From: Cyanophora paradoxa CCMP329
Taxonomy: Eukaryota; Plantae; Glaucophyta
Direction: 5' to 3'
Assembly (NCBI GenBank): GCA_004431415.1
Contig: QPMI01000435.1
Span: forward strand, 248,001-312,000
DNA: 64,000 nt
Numbering within the stretch: position 1 is the first letter of the stretch; each line of letters opens with the position of its first letter. Shown piece after piece: positions 32,244 to 42,571 of this stretch. A program made the translations under genes and the position numbers. The notes below the pieces were generated by a model. That model had not been told where the DNA came from. It saw only the letters and a list, made by a program, of their open reading frames with translations, and made no database searches.

Positions 32244-33322
32244 ATTGAACGCTTATTAGCCTCGGGCGGCCCTTCTGCGGGAGCCAGCCTTACTGAAGCA
32301 GTGACTCCACTGAGCCCCTGCACCCCCCACCTGCGCCTTGGGCACCAGCGACGAGCCTGAGCCCCAGAGAGGCTATATGTGTGTCTAAATAACGATTCTT
32401 TGTCATATATGATGATGCTCAAGCGTTGGAATAAAGTGGCAGACAAGAGCTCTCTTGCCAGCCCAGAATGACTACGCAATGTGTGTGGTAGAGTCTAGCA
32501 TTCTGACCACCTCATGAGAGCACAGTTGTCTGCCACGTTTTCCAGGGAGCCCGCGGGCCGCTGTGGGCATCATATCCCATTATTGTTCATGTTATTGAAC
32601 GCTTATTAGCCTCGGGCGGCCCTTCTGCGGGAGCCAGCCTTACTGAGGCAGTGACTCCACTGAGCCCCTGAATCCCCCACCTGCGCCTTGGGCACCAGCG
32701 ACGGGCCTGAGCCCCAGAGAGGCTATATGTGTGTCTAAATAACGATTCTTTGTCATATATGATGATGCTCAAGCGTTGGAATAAAGTGGCAGACAAGAGC
32801 TCTCTTGCCAGCCCAGAATGACTAAGCAATGTGTGTGGTAGAGTCTAGCATTCTGACCACCTCATGAGAGCACAGTTGTCTGCCACGTTTTCCAGGGAGC
32901 CCGCGGGCCGCTGTGGGCATCATATCCCATTATTGTTCATGTTATTGAACGCTTATTAGCCTCGGGCGGCCCTTCTGCGGGAGCCAGCCTTACTGAGGCA
33001 GTGACTCCACTGAGCCCCTGCACCCCCCACCTGCGCCTTGGGCACCAGCGACGGGCCTGAGCCCCAGAGAGGCTATATGTGTGTCTAAATAACGATTCTT
33101 TGTCATATATGATGATGCTCAAGCGTTGGAATAAAGTGGCAGACAAGAGCTCTCTTGCCAGCCCAGAATGACTAAGCAATGTGTGTGGTAGAGTCTAGCA
33201 TTCTGACCACCTCATGAGAGCACAGTTGTCTGCCACGTTTTCCAGGGAGCCCGCGGGCCGCTGTGGGCATCATATCCCATTATTGTTCATGTTATTGAAC
33301 GCTTATTAGCCTCGGGCGGCCC
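32244..33322 (+). repeat. Head-to-tail array of a 350-bp self-complementary unit (3 copies + 29 bp)
   Basis: ATTGAACGCTTATTAGCCTCGGGCGGCCC at 32244, 32594, 32944 and 33294; copies nearly identical. Confidence 0.92.
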
Positions 33323-33796
33323 ACCGCCTCGAGGGCGGGCCGCCGCTGCACGTGGCCCAGTGGAGGCTGACGCTACGCTGGTGCGCCCCGCCGCTCGCGC
33401 CGCCCCGCCGACCCCCCTTCGAATTCCCCCCTCCTTGGGCACACATATGCATCAGCCTACAACGTTTTATTACGTCTCGCAAGCCTTCGAATCGCAAGCC
33501 TTCAGTCGCGCAAGGTGTGTTGGTTGGTGAGGTGGTGCGGAGCAGCAAGGCGTGCAGGGGCATCGATGGGCGGGGCGAGGCGGGGAGCCACGTGGATGCC
33601 TGGGACGGGGCGCGGTTTGCGCGGCTCCCAGAACCGCGCGGGCGGGTCTGCATGCATGCCTCGAGCTCGAAGGGCGCGACGAGTTGGGCAGCGGCATGAA
33701 CTACAGCTTCGATTCCACCGAGAGCACAAAAAACCGCACTCCTACAGCATACAACGCACACCGCCTGGGGGTGCGGCGTACAGCGTACGTTGCACA

Positions 33797-36700
33797 ATGA
33801 GGGGCGCGCGGCCCCCGCCCCCACCGGCCCCGCTCCGCAATCCCCGGGCCCCGACGCACCACGCGAGAGGCCGCCGAAGCTGCCGTGTCGCCGCCCGCCG
33901 CGCGCCGACGTCGCCAGCGGCCTGCAGCGGGCGGGGCAGCGTCAGCGGCGGCGGCGAGCGCGCTCCTGGGGAGCGGCCTCGGCATCCCATCATACAACGA
34001 GAGGCGCGCGGCCCCCGCCCCCACGGGTCCCGCTCCGCGATCCCCGGCCCCGACGCACCACGCGAGAGGCCGCCGAAGCTGCCAAGTCGCCGCCCGCCGC
34101 GCGCCGACGTCGCCAGCAGCCTGCAGCGGGCAGGCCTAGGGCTGCGTCAGCGGGGGCGGCGGGCGCGCTCCTGGGGCGCGGCCCCCGGCGCTCCCATCGT
34201 ACAACGAGAGGCGCGCGGCCCCGACCCCACCGGCCCCGCTCCGCGATCCCCGGGCCCCGACGCACCACGCGAGAGGCCGCCGAAGCTGCCGAGTCGCCGC
34301 CCGCCGCGCGCCGACGTCGCCAGCGGCCTGCAACGAGCGGGACGGCGTCAGCGGCGGCGGCGGCGGCGCGCTCCTGGAGCGCGGCCCCCGGCGCTCCCAT
34401 CGTACAACGAGAGGCACGCGGCTCCCACCCCCACCGGCCCTGCTCCGCGATCCCCGGGCCCCGACGCACCACGCGAGAGGCCGCCGAAGCTGCCGAATCG
34501 CCGCCCGCCACTCGCCCGAGTCGCCAGCGGCCTGCAGCGGGCGGGGCGGCGTCAGCGGCGGCGGCGGGCGCGCTCCTGGGGAGCGGCCTCGGCATCCCAT
34601 CATACAACGAGAGGCGCGCGGCCCCCGCCCCCACGGGTCCCGCTCCGCGATCCCCGGGCCCCGACGCACCACGCGAGAGGCCGCCGAAGCTCCCAAGTCG
34701 CCGCCCGCCGCGCGCCGACGTCGCCAGCAGCCTGCAGCGGGCAGGCCTAGGGCTGCGTCAGCGGGGGCGGCGGGCGCGCTCCTGGGGCGCGGCCCCCGGC
34801 GCTCCCATCGTACAACGAGAGGCGCGCGGCCCCCGACCCCACCGGCCCCGCTCCGCGATCCCCGGGCCCCGACGCACCACGCGAGAGGCCGCCGAAGCTG
34901 CCGAGTCGCCGCCCGCCGCGCGCCGACGTCGCCAGCGGCCTGCAGCGAGCGGGACGGCGTCAGCGGCGGCGGCGGCGGCGCGCTCCTGGAGCGCGGCCCC
35001 CGGCGCTCCCATCGTACAACGAGAGGCGCGCGGCTCCCGCCCCACCGGCCCCGCTCCGCGATCCCCGGGCCCCGACGCACCACGCAAGAGGCCGCCGAAG
35101 CTGCCGAGTCGCCGCCCGCCAATCGCCCGCGTCGCCAGCGGCCTGCAGCGGGCGGGGCGGCGTCAGCGGGGCGGCGGGCGCGCTCCTGGGGCGCGGCCCC
35201 CGGCGCTCCCATCATACAACGAGAGGCGCGCGGCCCCCGCCCCCACCGGCCCCGCTCCGCGATCCCCGGGCCCCGACGCACCACGCGAGAGGCCGCCGAA
35301 GCTGCCGAATCGCCGCCCGCCACTCGCCCGAGTCGCCAGCGGCCTGCAGCGGGCGGGGCAGCGTCAGCGGCGGCGGCGAGCGCGCTCCTGGGGAGCGGCC
35401 TCGGCATCCCATCATACAACGAGAGGCGCGCGGCCCCCGCCCCCACGGGTCCCGCTCCGCGATCCCCGGGCCCCGACGCACCACGCGAGAGGCCGCCGAA
35501 GCTGCCAAGTCGCCGCCCGCCGCGCGCCGACGTCGCCAGCAGCCTGCAGCGGGCAGGCCTAGGGCTGCGTCAGCGGGGCGGCGGGCGCGCTCCTGGGGCG
35601 CGGCCCCCGGCGCTCCCATCGTACAACGAGAGGCGCGCGGCCCCGACCCCACCGGCCCCGCTCCGCGATCCCCGGGCCCCGACGCACCACGCGAGAGGCC
35701 GCCGAAGCTGCCGAGTCGCCGCCCGCCGCGCGCCGACGTCGCCAGCGGCCTGCAGCGAGCGGGACGGCGTCAGCGGCGGCGGCGGCGGCGCGCTCCTGGA
35801 GCGCGGCCCCCGGCGCTCCCATCGTACAACGAGAAGCGCGCGGCTCCCGCCCCCACCGGCCCTGCTCCGCGATCCCCGGGCCCCGACGCACCACGCGAGA
35901 GGCCGCCGAAGCTGCCGAGTCGCCGCCCGCCGCGCCCCGACGTCGCCAGCGGCCTGCAGCGGGCGGGGCGGCGTCAGCGGCGGCGGCGGGCGCGCTCCTG
36001 GGGCGCGGCCCCCGGCGCTCCCATCGTACAACGAGAGGCGCGCGGCCCCGCCCCCACGGGTCCCGCTCCGCGATCCCCGGGCCCCGACGCACCACGCGAG
36101 AGGCCGCTGAAGCTGCCGAGTCGCCGCCCGCCGCGCCCCGACGTCGCCAGCGGCCTGCAGCGGGCAGGGCGGCGTCAGCGGGGGCGGCGAGCGCGCTCCT
36201 GGGGCGCGGCCCCCGGCGCTCCCATCGTACAACGAGAGGCGGAGCGGGGCGGCGGACCCCGCAGAGGCTAGCTCGGACCAAGCCCCGCGCGGCACGCGGC
36301 GAGGGCGGCCAGAGCGGCACCTGCGGCGGGGCAGGGGCGCGATCAAATCGGGGGGTCGCCGGGGCAGCGGCGCAGGATCGAGGCGGAGCGGGGCCGCAGA
36401 CCCCGCGGTGGATAGGTGGGAGCAAGCCCCGCGCGGCGCAGATGCGCGGGCGGCCGGAGCGGCACCTGCGGCGGGGCAGGGGCGCGATCAAATCGGGGGG
36501 TCGCCGGGGCAGCGGCGCAGGATCGAGGCGGAGCGGGGCGGCAGACCCCGTGGAGGCTAGCCGGGACCAAGCCGCGCGCGGCACGCGGCGAGGGCGGCCG
36601 GAGCGGCACCTGCGGCGGGGCAGGGGCGCGATCAAATCGGGGGGTCGCCGGGGCAGCGGCGCAGGATCGAGGCGGAGCGGGGCGGCGGACCAAGCGGTGG

Positions 36701-38105
36701 CTAGCTGGGACCAAGCCGCGCGCGGCGCAGATGCGCGGGCGGCCGGAGCGGCACCTGCGGCGGGGCAGGGGCGCGATCAAATCGGGGGGTCGCCGGGGCA
36801 GCGGCGCAGGATCGAGGCGGAGCGGGGCGGCGGACCAAGCGGTGGCTAGCTGGGACCAAGCCGCGCGCGGCGCAGATGCGCGGGCGGCCGGAGCGGCACC
36901 TGCGGCGGGGCAGGGGCGCGATCAAATCGGGGGGTCGCCGGGGCAGCGGCGCAGGATCGAGGCGGAGCGGGGCGGCGGACCCCGTGGTGGATAGGTGGGA
37001 GCAAGCCGCGCGCGGCACGCGGCGCGGGCGGCCGGAGCTGCACCTGCGGCGGGGCAGGGGCGGGATCAAATCGGGGGGTCGCCAGGGCGGCGGCGCAGGA
37101 TCGAGGCGGAGCGGGGCGGCGGACCAAGCGGTGGCTAGCTGGGACCAAGCCGCGCGCGGCGCAGATGCGCGGGCGGCCGGAGCTGCACCTGCGGCGAGCG
37201 CGGATCGCTTGCGCCGGCCCGGCGGCCGGGCGCGCGCGGCGTGCGGCCGCCGTACGCGGAAGAGAGGCCGCAGATCAGAGAGGAATGCCCATGCGGTCTC
37301 ATTTCGCGTGCACGGAAGAGACGGGCTGCGGGCAGGAGCTGAGGAGGCGACCTGCAGATTGGAGCCGGCTGGCGAGCGGGGCGCTCCCGCCCGTCGGGGA
37401 CGGCGCCGAGGCCTTCCGGCACAGCACGATGCGCACCCGTGGGCGCATTGGCGGTGCGCGGAGGCCGCGGGAAGCGACGCGACGCGAAGGACACGATCGC
37501 TGCCGCGCGTCGGCGTTGGCGGGAACGGCGGGGAGGCGGCGGAGCGGGCTTTGACGTACCTCGATCGTTTCGGATGCTGCTGGCATGCCGAGGACAGGCT
37601 GGGCACACGGTTCGCGGCTCGCGCGGCGCGCAGCGCCGCGCACGCGGGAGCTCGACTTCAGGCGCCACTTTGCGGATACGCCGTTTCGTCGCCCGCGAGC
37701 GATGCTACAGCTCTTTGGGCCCTTCGAAGCCACGATTTCGTGCCGACTGAGCAGCTGCGGCTGCTAGCAGCGAAGGTCCGCGGGCGGCCCGCGCGGCGCG
37801 GTACCCCTAGCAGGCACGCCGGCAGCCGGTCACGTGTCGCCGGGGCGCTCTATATATATCGAAAATTTAAAGACATTAAGCCTAAACTTTTATATAAGAA
37901 ACTGGAATTCGGAATTAAGGCTCCGAAAGCTTACGACATGATAAGATCCCATGACCTTAAGATGACGTCAAGTAAAGGCCGCTTCGACTCACATGCTCCT
38001 CCGTCACGTCCCGTATCTCTTCAGGATGCCTTTTCCATGTATAAGTCCCTTACCCCCCTAATAGCGGGTACATGTTCTCAAACCCAACCACCACTTCGGG
38101 GCCGG
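33797..38105 (-). repeat. Right arm: ~12 x 202-bp units, ~6-7 x 145-bp units, ~900 bp unique
   Basis: Reverse complement of the left-arm modules with different copy numbers. Confidence 0.85.
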
Positions 38106-38242
38106 GGGAGCGCGACCCCTCTGTTATTTCGACTAAGGGAGGGCCAGATTTTATAACCTGTTAATTAACGGGCTGTTAATTTTGTGTAACACGGTACTCC
38201 GATCCGACGACGTCCGACGGTCGACGTCGAAGTCTGGAACCG

Positions 38243-38246
38243 TACC

Positions 38247-38334
<88 letters not shown>

Positions 38335-38596
38335 CTTCAGAACCGCGGACACTTACTAAGTTAACTAACGCGGTACCAAATTAACGCGCCAAAAGTTTGT
38401 TGAAACGCGGTAATTTGGTGCCGCGGTAATTTGCTGGTGAGAAATCGCCCCATACAGTACCCCCTGCAATTACTGCCCCATACAAGCCGCAAATTTTTAA
38501 CCCCGCGTTAATTTGGTACCGCGGTATTTCGCTCAGAGGAGGGCCATTTTTGAAACCGCGTTAATTAACGACGCAGTAATTTAGTGCCCGACGGTA
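38243..38596. mobile_element. MITE-like element (TACCGT...ACGGTA ends) containing a (TA)n microsatellite at 38248-38330
   Basis: Terminal and subterminal inverted motifs (GGCACT/AGTGCC; CGCGGTACCAAATTAACGCG and its reverse complement). Related fragments at 26290-26400, 26540-26754 and 38120-38196. Confidence 0.5.
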
Positions 38597-39800
38597 GTAC
38601 GTCCGACCGTCGGACGGTCGGAGTCGCGAACGGACTCGCGAGTCGATCGATATCCAATCATTTGAATGTTCACGATATCGAGATCGAGACTCGACTCACT
38701 CGAGAGTGACTCCACTGACTCGTCAGTGACTCGCGAGCCTCGGAGTCGCGACTCATGGTCGAAAACTTAGCTTGAAAATCGCGAGTCTGATCTACTGTAA
38801 TTCGGATAATATTTAAGACCCCAAATTAGTAATCCCGGGGTTTGGTCGGTTTAGTTGGCTGAAAATAATACAGAGTTGGCCGCGCGGAGCGCTTTAGTAG
38901 CGGCCTTTAGAAGGGGGTGGGCGCGGCGCGCGCTAGGGGGTCTAGATCTGTTGGAGGGTCCGGGAGCCCCCTCGCACTACAGCTAGCTTCTTCCGCGCAG
39001 CAACCACGGCTGCGCTACGTACCCCCCCTCGCACCTCAGGTTTAGTATACGATAAAACTTTAGTAGTCGTGCCTCAAAACTTTGGTACTGTAATTATAAA
39101 GACTTGCGGTATACTAAATGTTTCCTGTACGATAAAAACGTTGGTATATAATATTTTTCCCGACTTGCAGTATCATAGTATATCCAGAGTCGCGAGCTCG
39201 AGTGACCGTCGGACCCGGCAACATATATATTAATCGATATATTATAAATTATAATCGCCGGTCGTCCGGCGTCGCGCGCGGCCTGGCCGGGGCCGCCGGG
39301 CGGCCGCGCCGGGCGGCGGCCGCCGCGGGCGCCGGTGCCGTACTGCCACGGTCTAGTACTGGTATTATCAGTGGTGTATATAAGTGGGCCTTTGTGAAGC
39401 GTTGAGCTCTCGAGCTTGCCCCTTCGCTGTCAATGCATTGTTAACCCTCGGAGGTTGCATGAGTCACGCGTCGCGGAGGTTTGGGTGTTATATTGCGATC
39501 AGGTACACGCTGCACTAACAGGGGGGCTAGCACTAACCGACGCGGGGAGTAACAGCCGGTGTACCCCTCGGGGGGCCTCCCGGCCTCTAACGATGCTCAG
39601 GCTCTAACTGAATGCTGTACCCCCCGCTGTTACTGCCCGAACCTTCCGAACTTGCGTAATTCGGCCTCGCCCTGTACCCAGTGGCTGGTGTCGTCCATCC
39701 ATTCGCGTACCTCCCTCTGACGCTTGAGTGACTCACGCTGCTCGGGGGTAGGGGAGGGGGGCCTTCGAGGCGGGGTGGGGAAGGGGTACGGTGGCAAAAT

Positions 39801-40366
39801 TCAGCCACTCGGGGGTATGCCGAATTCGCCGTGAACGATCCTCTGCGGTGTGAAATACCGGTCGCTGCTCACGGCCAAGTGGAAGAACGCGCTCCTGAGC
39901 CCGGAGAGGAAGCGTGGTTGCATGAATGGCTGCTGGAGGGACTCGTCGCGCCAGGGGGCTACGAAATCAATGATACGCTGCTGTACCTGCGCGGGCAGGG
40001 CAAGGATCTGGCTCTTGCGGTTCGCAAAGGCCGTCCACAGCGCTTGCAGGTCGGCCCAATCGCCGTTCAGATCCCTGCGTTCGCGCCTCAGGTACGATCT
40101 CGGGTTCTCTGTCATACCCATCAAGCCCGCGGCCCTGATCATCTCCCTGTCCGGGAGCTCTCGCTCGTCGTGGAATTCGTCTCTAATCCAGCGCACAAGG
40201 TAGAGCACGCGCTCCATGAAGTTCTCCGCCGGCGAGCCGCCCCTGAGGACGTGCGCCTCCCCTCCAGCACTGCGTTCGCATCCTCCAAGTCCACGTTCCG
40301 CTGTCGAATCTCCCCGTCCAGGTCGCCGTTGTTGTACAGCACGTCGGACTCGCGTGTTCGCGCCAT
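39801..40366 (-). CDS. Hypothetical protein (one frameshift ~40259); paralog of 40648-41097
   Basis: ORFs 40139-40366 and 39801-40217 join if one G is added to a G run. Confidence 0.55.
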
Positions 40367-40400
40367 GCTCGCGGCTCGGTGAGAATTTATACCTGTACCC

Positions 40401-40631
40401 CTACTCGCGGTCGGGGTACCTGTCGCCGGGCATCAGCCTCGCGCGCTTCCGCATCTCCGCCTCCCCGGGTAGCCAGTTCTTCGGGTCGTTGCTCCACTCC
40501 TCCCATTCGCGTATGTCCCGTCTGACGTCACGCGGGGCGGGGGCGTTTATCGGTGGGGCGGGCGGGGCTGGCAGGGCCTGGCGCGGGGGTTGAGGCCCCT
40601 GTTCCACGAGTACTCGGGGTACTCTTCCCAT
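40401..40631 (-). CDS. Small Pro-rich hypothetical protein
   Basis: Fills the gap between co-oriented genes. Confidence 0.45.
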   Translation of the reverse strand: MGRVPRVLVEQGPQPPRQALPAPPAPPINAPAPRDVRRDIREWEEWSNDPKNWLPGEAEMRKRARLMPGDRYPDRE

Positions 40632-40647
40632 CCCAGGGGTACCAGAT

Positions 40648-41097
40648 TCATCGGAATTGGCTCAACTTCGAATTGGGCTTTTTGACGTGATAATCATAGT
40701 TTGTGACATACGCCGTCACAGCCGAGCGCAAGCGCGAGAGGTCGCGCAAATTTACGTCGTCCCATTGCGAGTCCCTTGCCTTCGCGTACCACTCGAGGAT
40801 TTGCATGCGAATGTGGTCCGGGAGGGTCGAGAGTATGCTGAGCTTGGAGCCCAGGGCGAACCAGATGCGCTTGAACTCGTCGATAATCCTGCCCTCGTCG
40901 TGGCTCCGAACGTAAAGGGCCCCGCCAGAGTTGTAATGCGTGTCTAGCCACCCTGCCCGGGCCAGCTCTAGCACCGGCCAGGGTTGGCGCTGTCGATTCG
41001 GTCGCGAGGCCTGCTCTACCACCCAGCGTCTAAGGTCCTTGACCTGATCTATGAACTGTGCGATCACGTCCCTGGGCGCTTCCTCTGCATCCGACAT
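40648..41097 (-). CDS. Hypothetical protein
   Basis: Clean ORF, upstream AATTTCTTG motif, similarity to 39801-40217. Confidence 0.6.
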   Translation of the reverse strand: MSDAEEAPRDVIAQFIDQVKDLRRWVVEQASRPNRQRQPWPVLELARAGWLDTHYNSGGALYVRSHDEGRIIDEFKRIWFALGSKLSILSTLPDHIRMQILEWYAKARDSQWDDVNLRDLSRLRSAVTAYVTNYDYHVKKPNSKLSQFR

Positions 41098-41147
41098 TTG
41101 CAATTGCACACATCAAGAAATTCTAAACGCTACTGCGAGGCTACGCT

Positions 41148-41803
41148 ATGCATACCGATACAAATTGCGAGACTTTGCAACAGGGGAGCGCAGCGTGGCA
41201 CGCGGCGCGCCGTGAAAAACTAACTGCATCTAATTTTGCGGCTGCGTGCGGCATAAACCCCTGGAAATCCAGGGCCCGCCTGTGGGCGGAGCTAAGCGGG
41301 ATAGCGGAGGAAAACAACTTTGACAACCCTGCCCTAACCTATGGGCATGACTATGAGCCCTCGCGGTCTCTCTCTACAAAACGTCGAACAACAACGTGGA
41401 CGTGCAACATACTGGATTGCACGAACATAAGGAACTGCCCTTCCTGGCGGGCAGCCCGGACGGGCTGATTGGAAGCGATCGTATACTTGAAATAAAATGC
41501 CCCTACAAACAAGAACTCTACGAAAAGGTCCCAACTTATTACATGCCCCAGCTCCAGGGCCTGCTGGACATAACGGGCCGCGAGTGGGCCGAACTTTTTT
41601 GCTTCACTCCTCTGCGCGTGCAAACGTGGTACGTCAGACGGGACGAGAGGTACATCGAGCTCATGCGGCGGTGCTTACATCTATTTTGGATGCACGTGAA
41701 GGCTGGAACTCCGCCCGAGCCCTACAGCGATCGAATGAAGTCAGAGAACCTCAGCGAGGAGCAGGCGGCGCTGCGCGAGTTTAAGTCGTACGCCCTCCTC
41801 TAG
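41148..41803 (+). CDS. YqaJ/lambda-exonuclease-like PD-(D/E)xK viral recombinase (frameshift ~41360)
   Basis: QGS..W...R...LTAS, G...EP, FLAGSPDGL, LEIKCP and YYMPQLQG motifs across two frames. Confidence 0.88.
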
Positions 41804-42136
41804 TGTCCCGACCCTCTCAGATATTAATTTAAAGATCTGGGAGGGTCGGGACACGTCTCTTGGTCAGACTACTTATGTACGCCCTCCTCTAGTGTCTCGA
41901 CCCTCTCAGATATTAATTTAAAGATCTGGGAGGGTCGGGACACGTCTCTTGGTCAGACTACTTATGTACGCCCTCCTCTAGTGTCTCGACCCTCTCAGAT
42001 ATTAATTTAAAGATCTGGGAGGGTCGGGACACGTCTCTTGGTCAGACTACTTATGTACGCCCTCCCTCCTCTAGTGTCCGGACCTTTCCAATAATCTATA
42101 AAGAAAGTAGGGAGGGTCCGGACACGTCTCTTGGTC
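41788..42136 (+). repeat. 89-bp tandem repeat (~4 copies), each with a 20-bp-stem palindrome around an AT-rich loop; candidate replication origin
   Basis: GTGTCCCGACCCTCTCAGAT-ATTAATTTAAAG-ATCTGGGAGGGTCGGGACAC at 41803, 41892 and 41981; variant at 42074. Confidence 0.85.
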
Positions 42137-42419
42137 GGACTCACCGTAGCTTGGTGTAGCTCAGGCCCAGGCGGGGAAGGCGAGTCTGCAATGAATCAGA
42201 CCCCACAGGATTTGGTTGAGCTGCTCTTTGCAGGGGGGCAGGAAGGCGGCCGCAGAGGGCTAGGGAGACTAGATCTAATTAGTAATCCCACACCGCGCAT
42301 GTGCAAGCGACAGAGAACGAAGTGAGTAAATGCAGATCGATGATACGGCAATCATGAGTTGTTCAGAAAAGGTCGGGACACATAGAGAGTGCATGCCCTC
42401 ACTCTCGTCCGCCCTCGCA

Positions 42420-42471
42420 ATGTCCCGACCCTCCCAGATCTTTAAATTAATATCTCAAAAGGTCGAGACAT
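42420..42471 (-). repeat. Inverted copy of the same palindrome
   Basis: Reverse complement of the 45782 copy. Confidence 0.85.
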
Positions 42472-42571
42472 TCATTGATCATATGCATGACGTCACTTGA
42501 ATTCGCACGTTCGTATTTACACACTGGCACGCGCATCCCGTTCGCGAAGTCCACACTGTGACATCCGACAA

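Larger units (their letters stand above)
26755..38119. mobile_element. Non-autonomous Foldback/Mutator-like element, ~11.4 kb, with multi-kb modular inverted arms
   Basis: Inverted identity from 26778 to 38095 (imperfect out to 26768/38105). (C)TCTGTTATT duplicated at 26745-26754 and 38119-38128. No transposase ORF. Confidence 0.75.

Noticed and set aside
32096-33179. 80-127 aa ORFs in the 350-bp units
   Set aside because: Non-ATG starts and no motif; by-products of the repeat.
26778-38095. Polinton call based on AG...CT at the perfect inverted-repeat edges
   Set aside because: No TSD at those edges and no viral genes; the 9-10 bp duplication further out fits better.
27063-38156. Very long ORFs (607, 1277, 590, 436, 426 aa)
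   Set aside because: Arg/Pro/Ala/Gly translations of stop-poor GC-rich tandem repeats, open in several frames on both strands, with no domain motifs.
41788-42136. Palindromic repeat array as CRISPR
   Set aside because: The intervening sequences are identical, so they are not spacers; the context is a eukaryotic virus.
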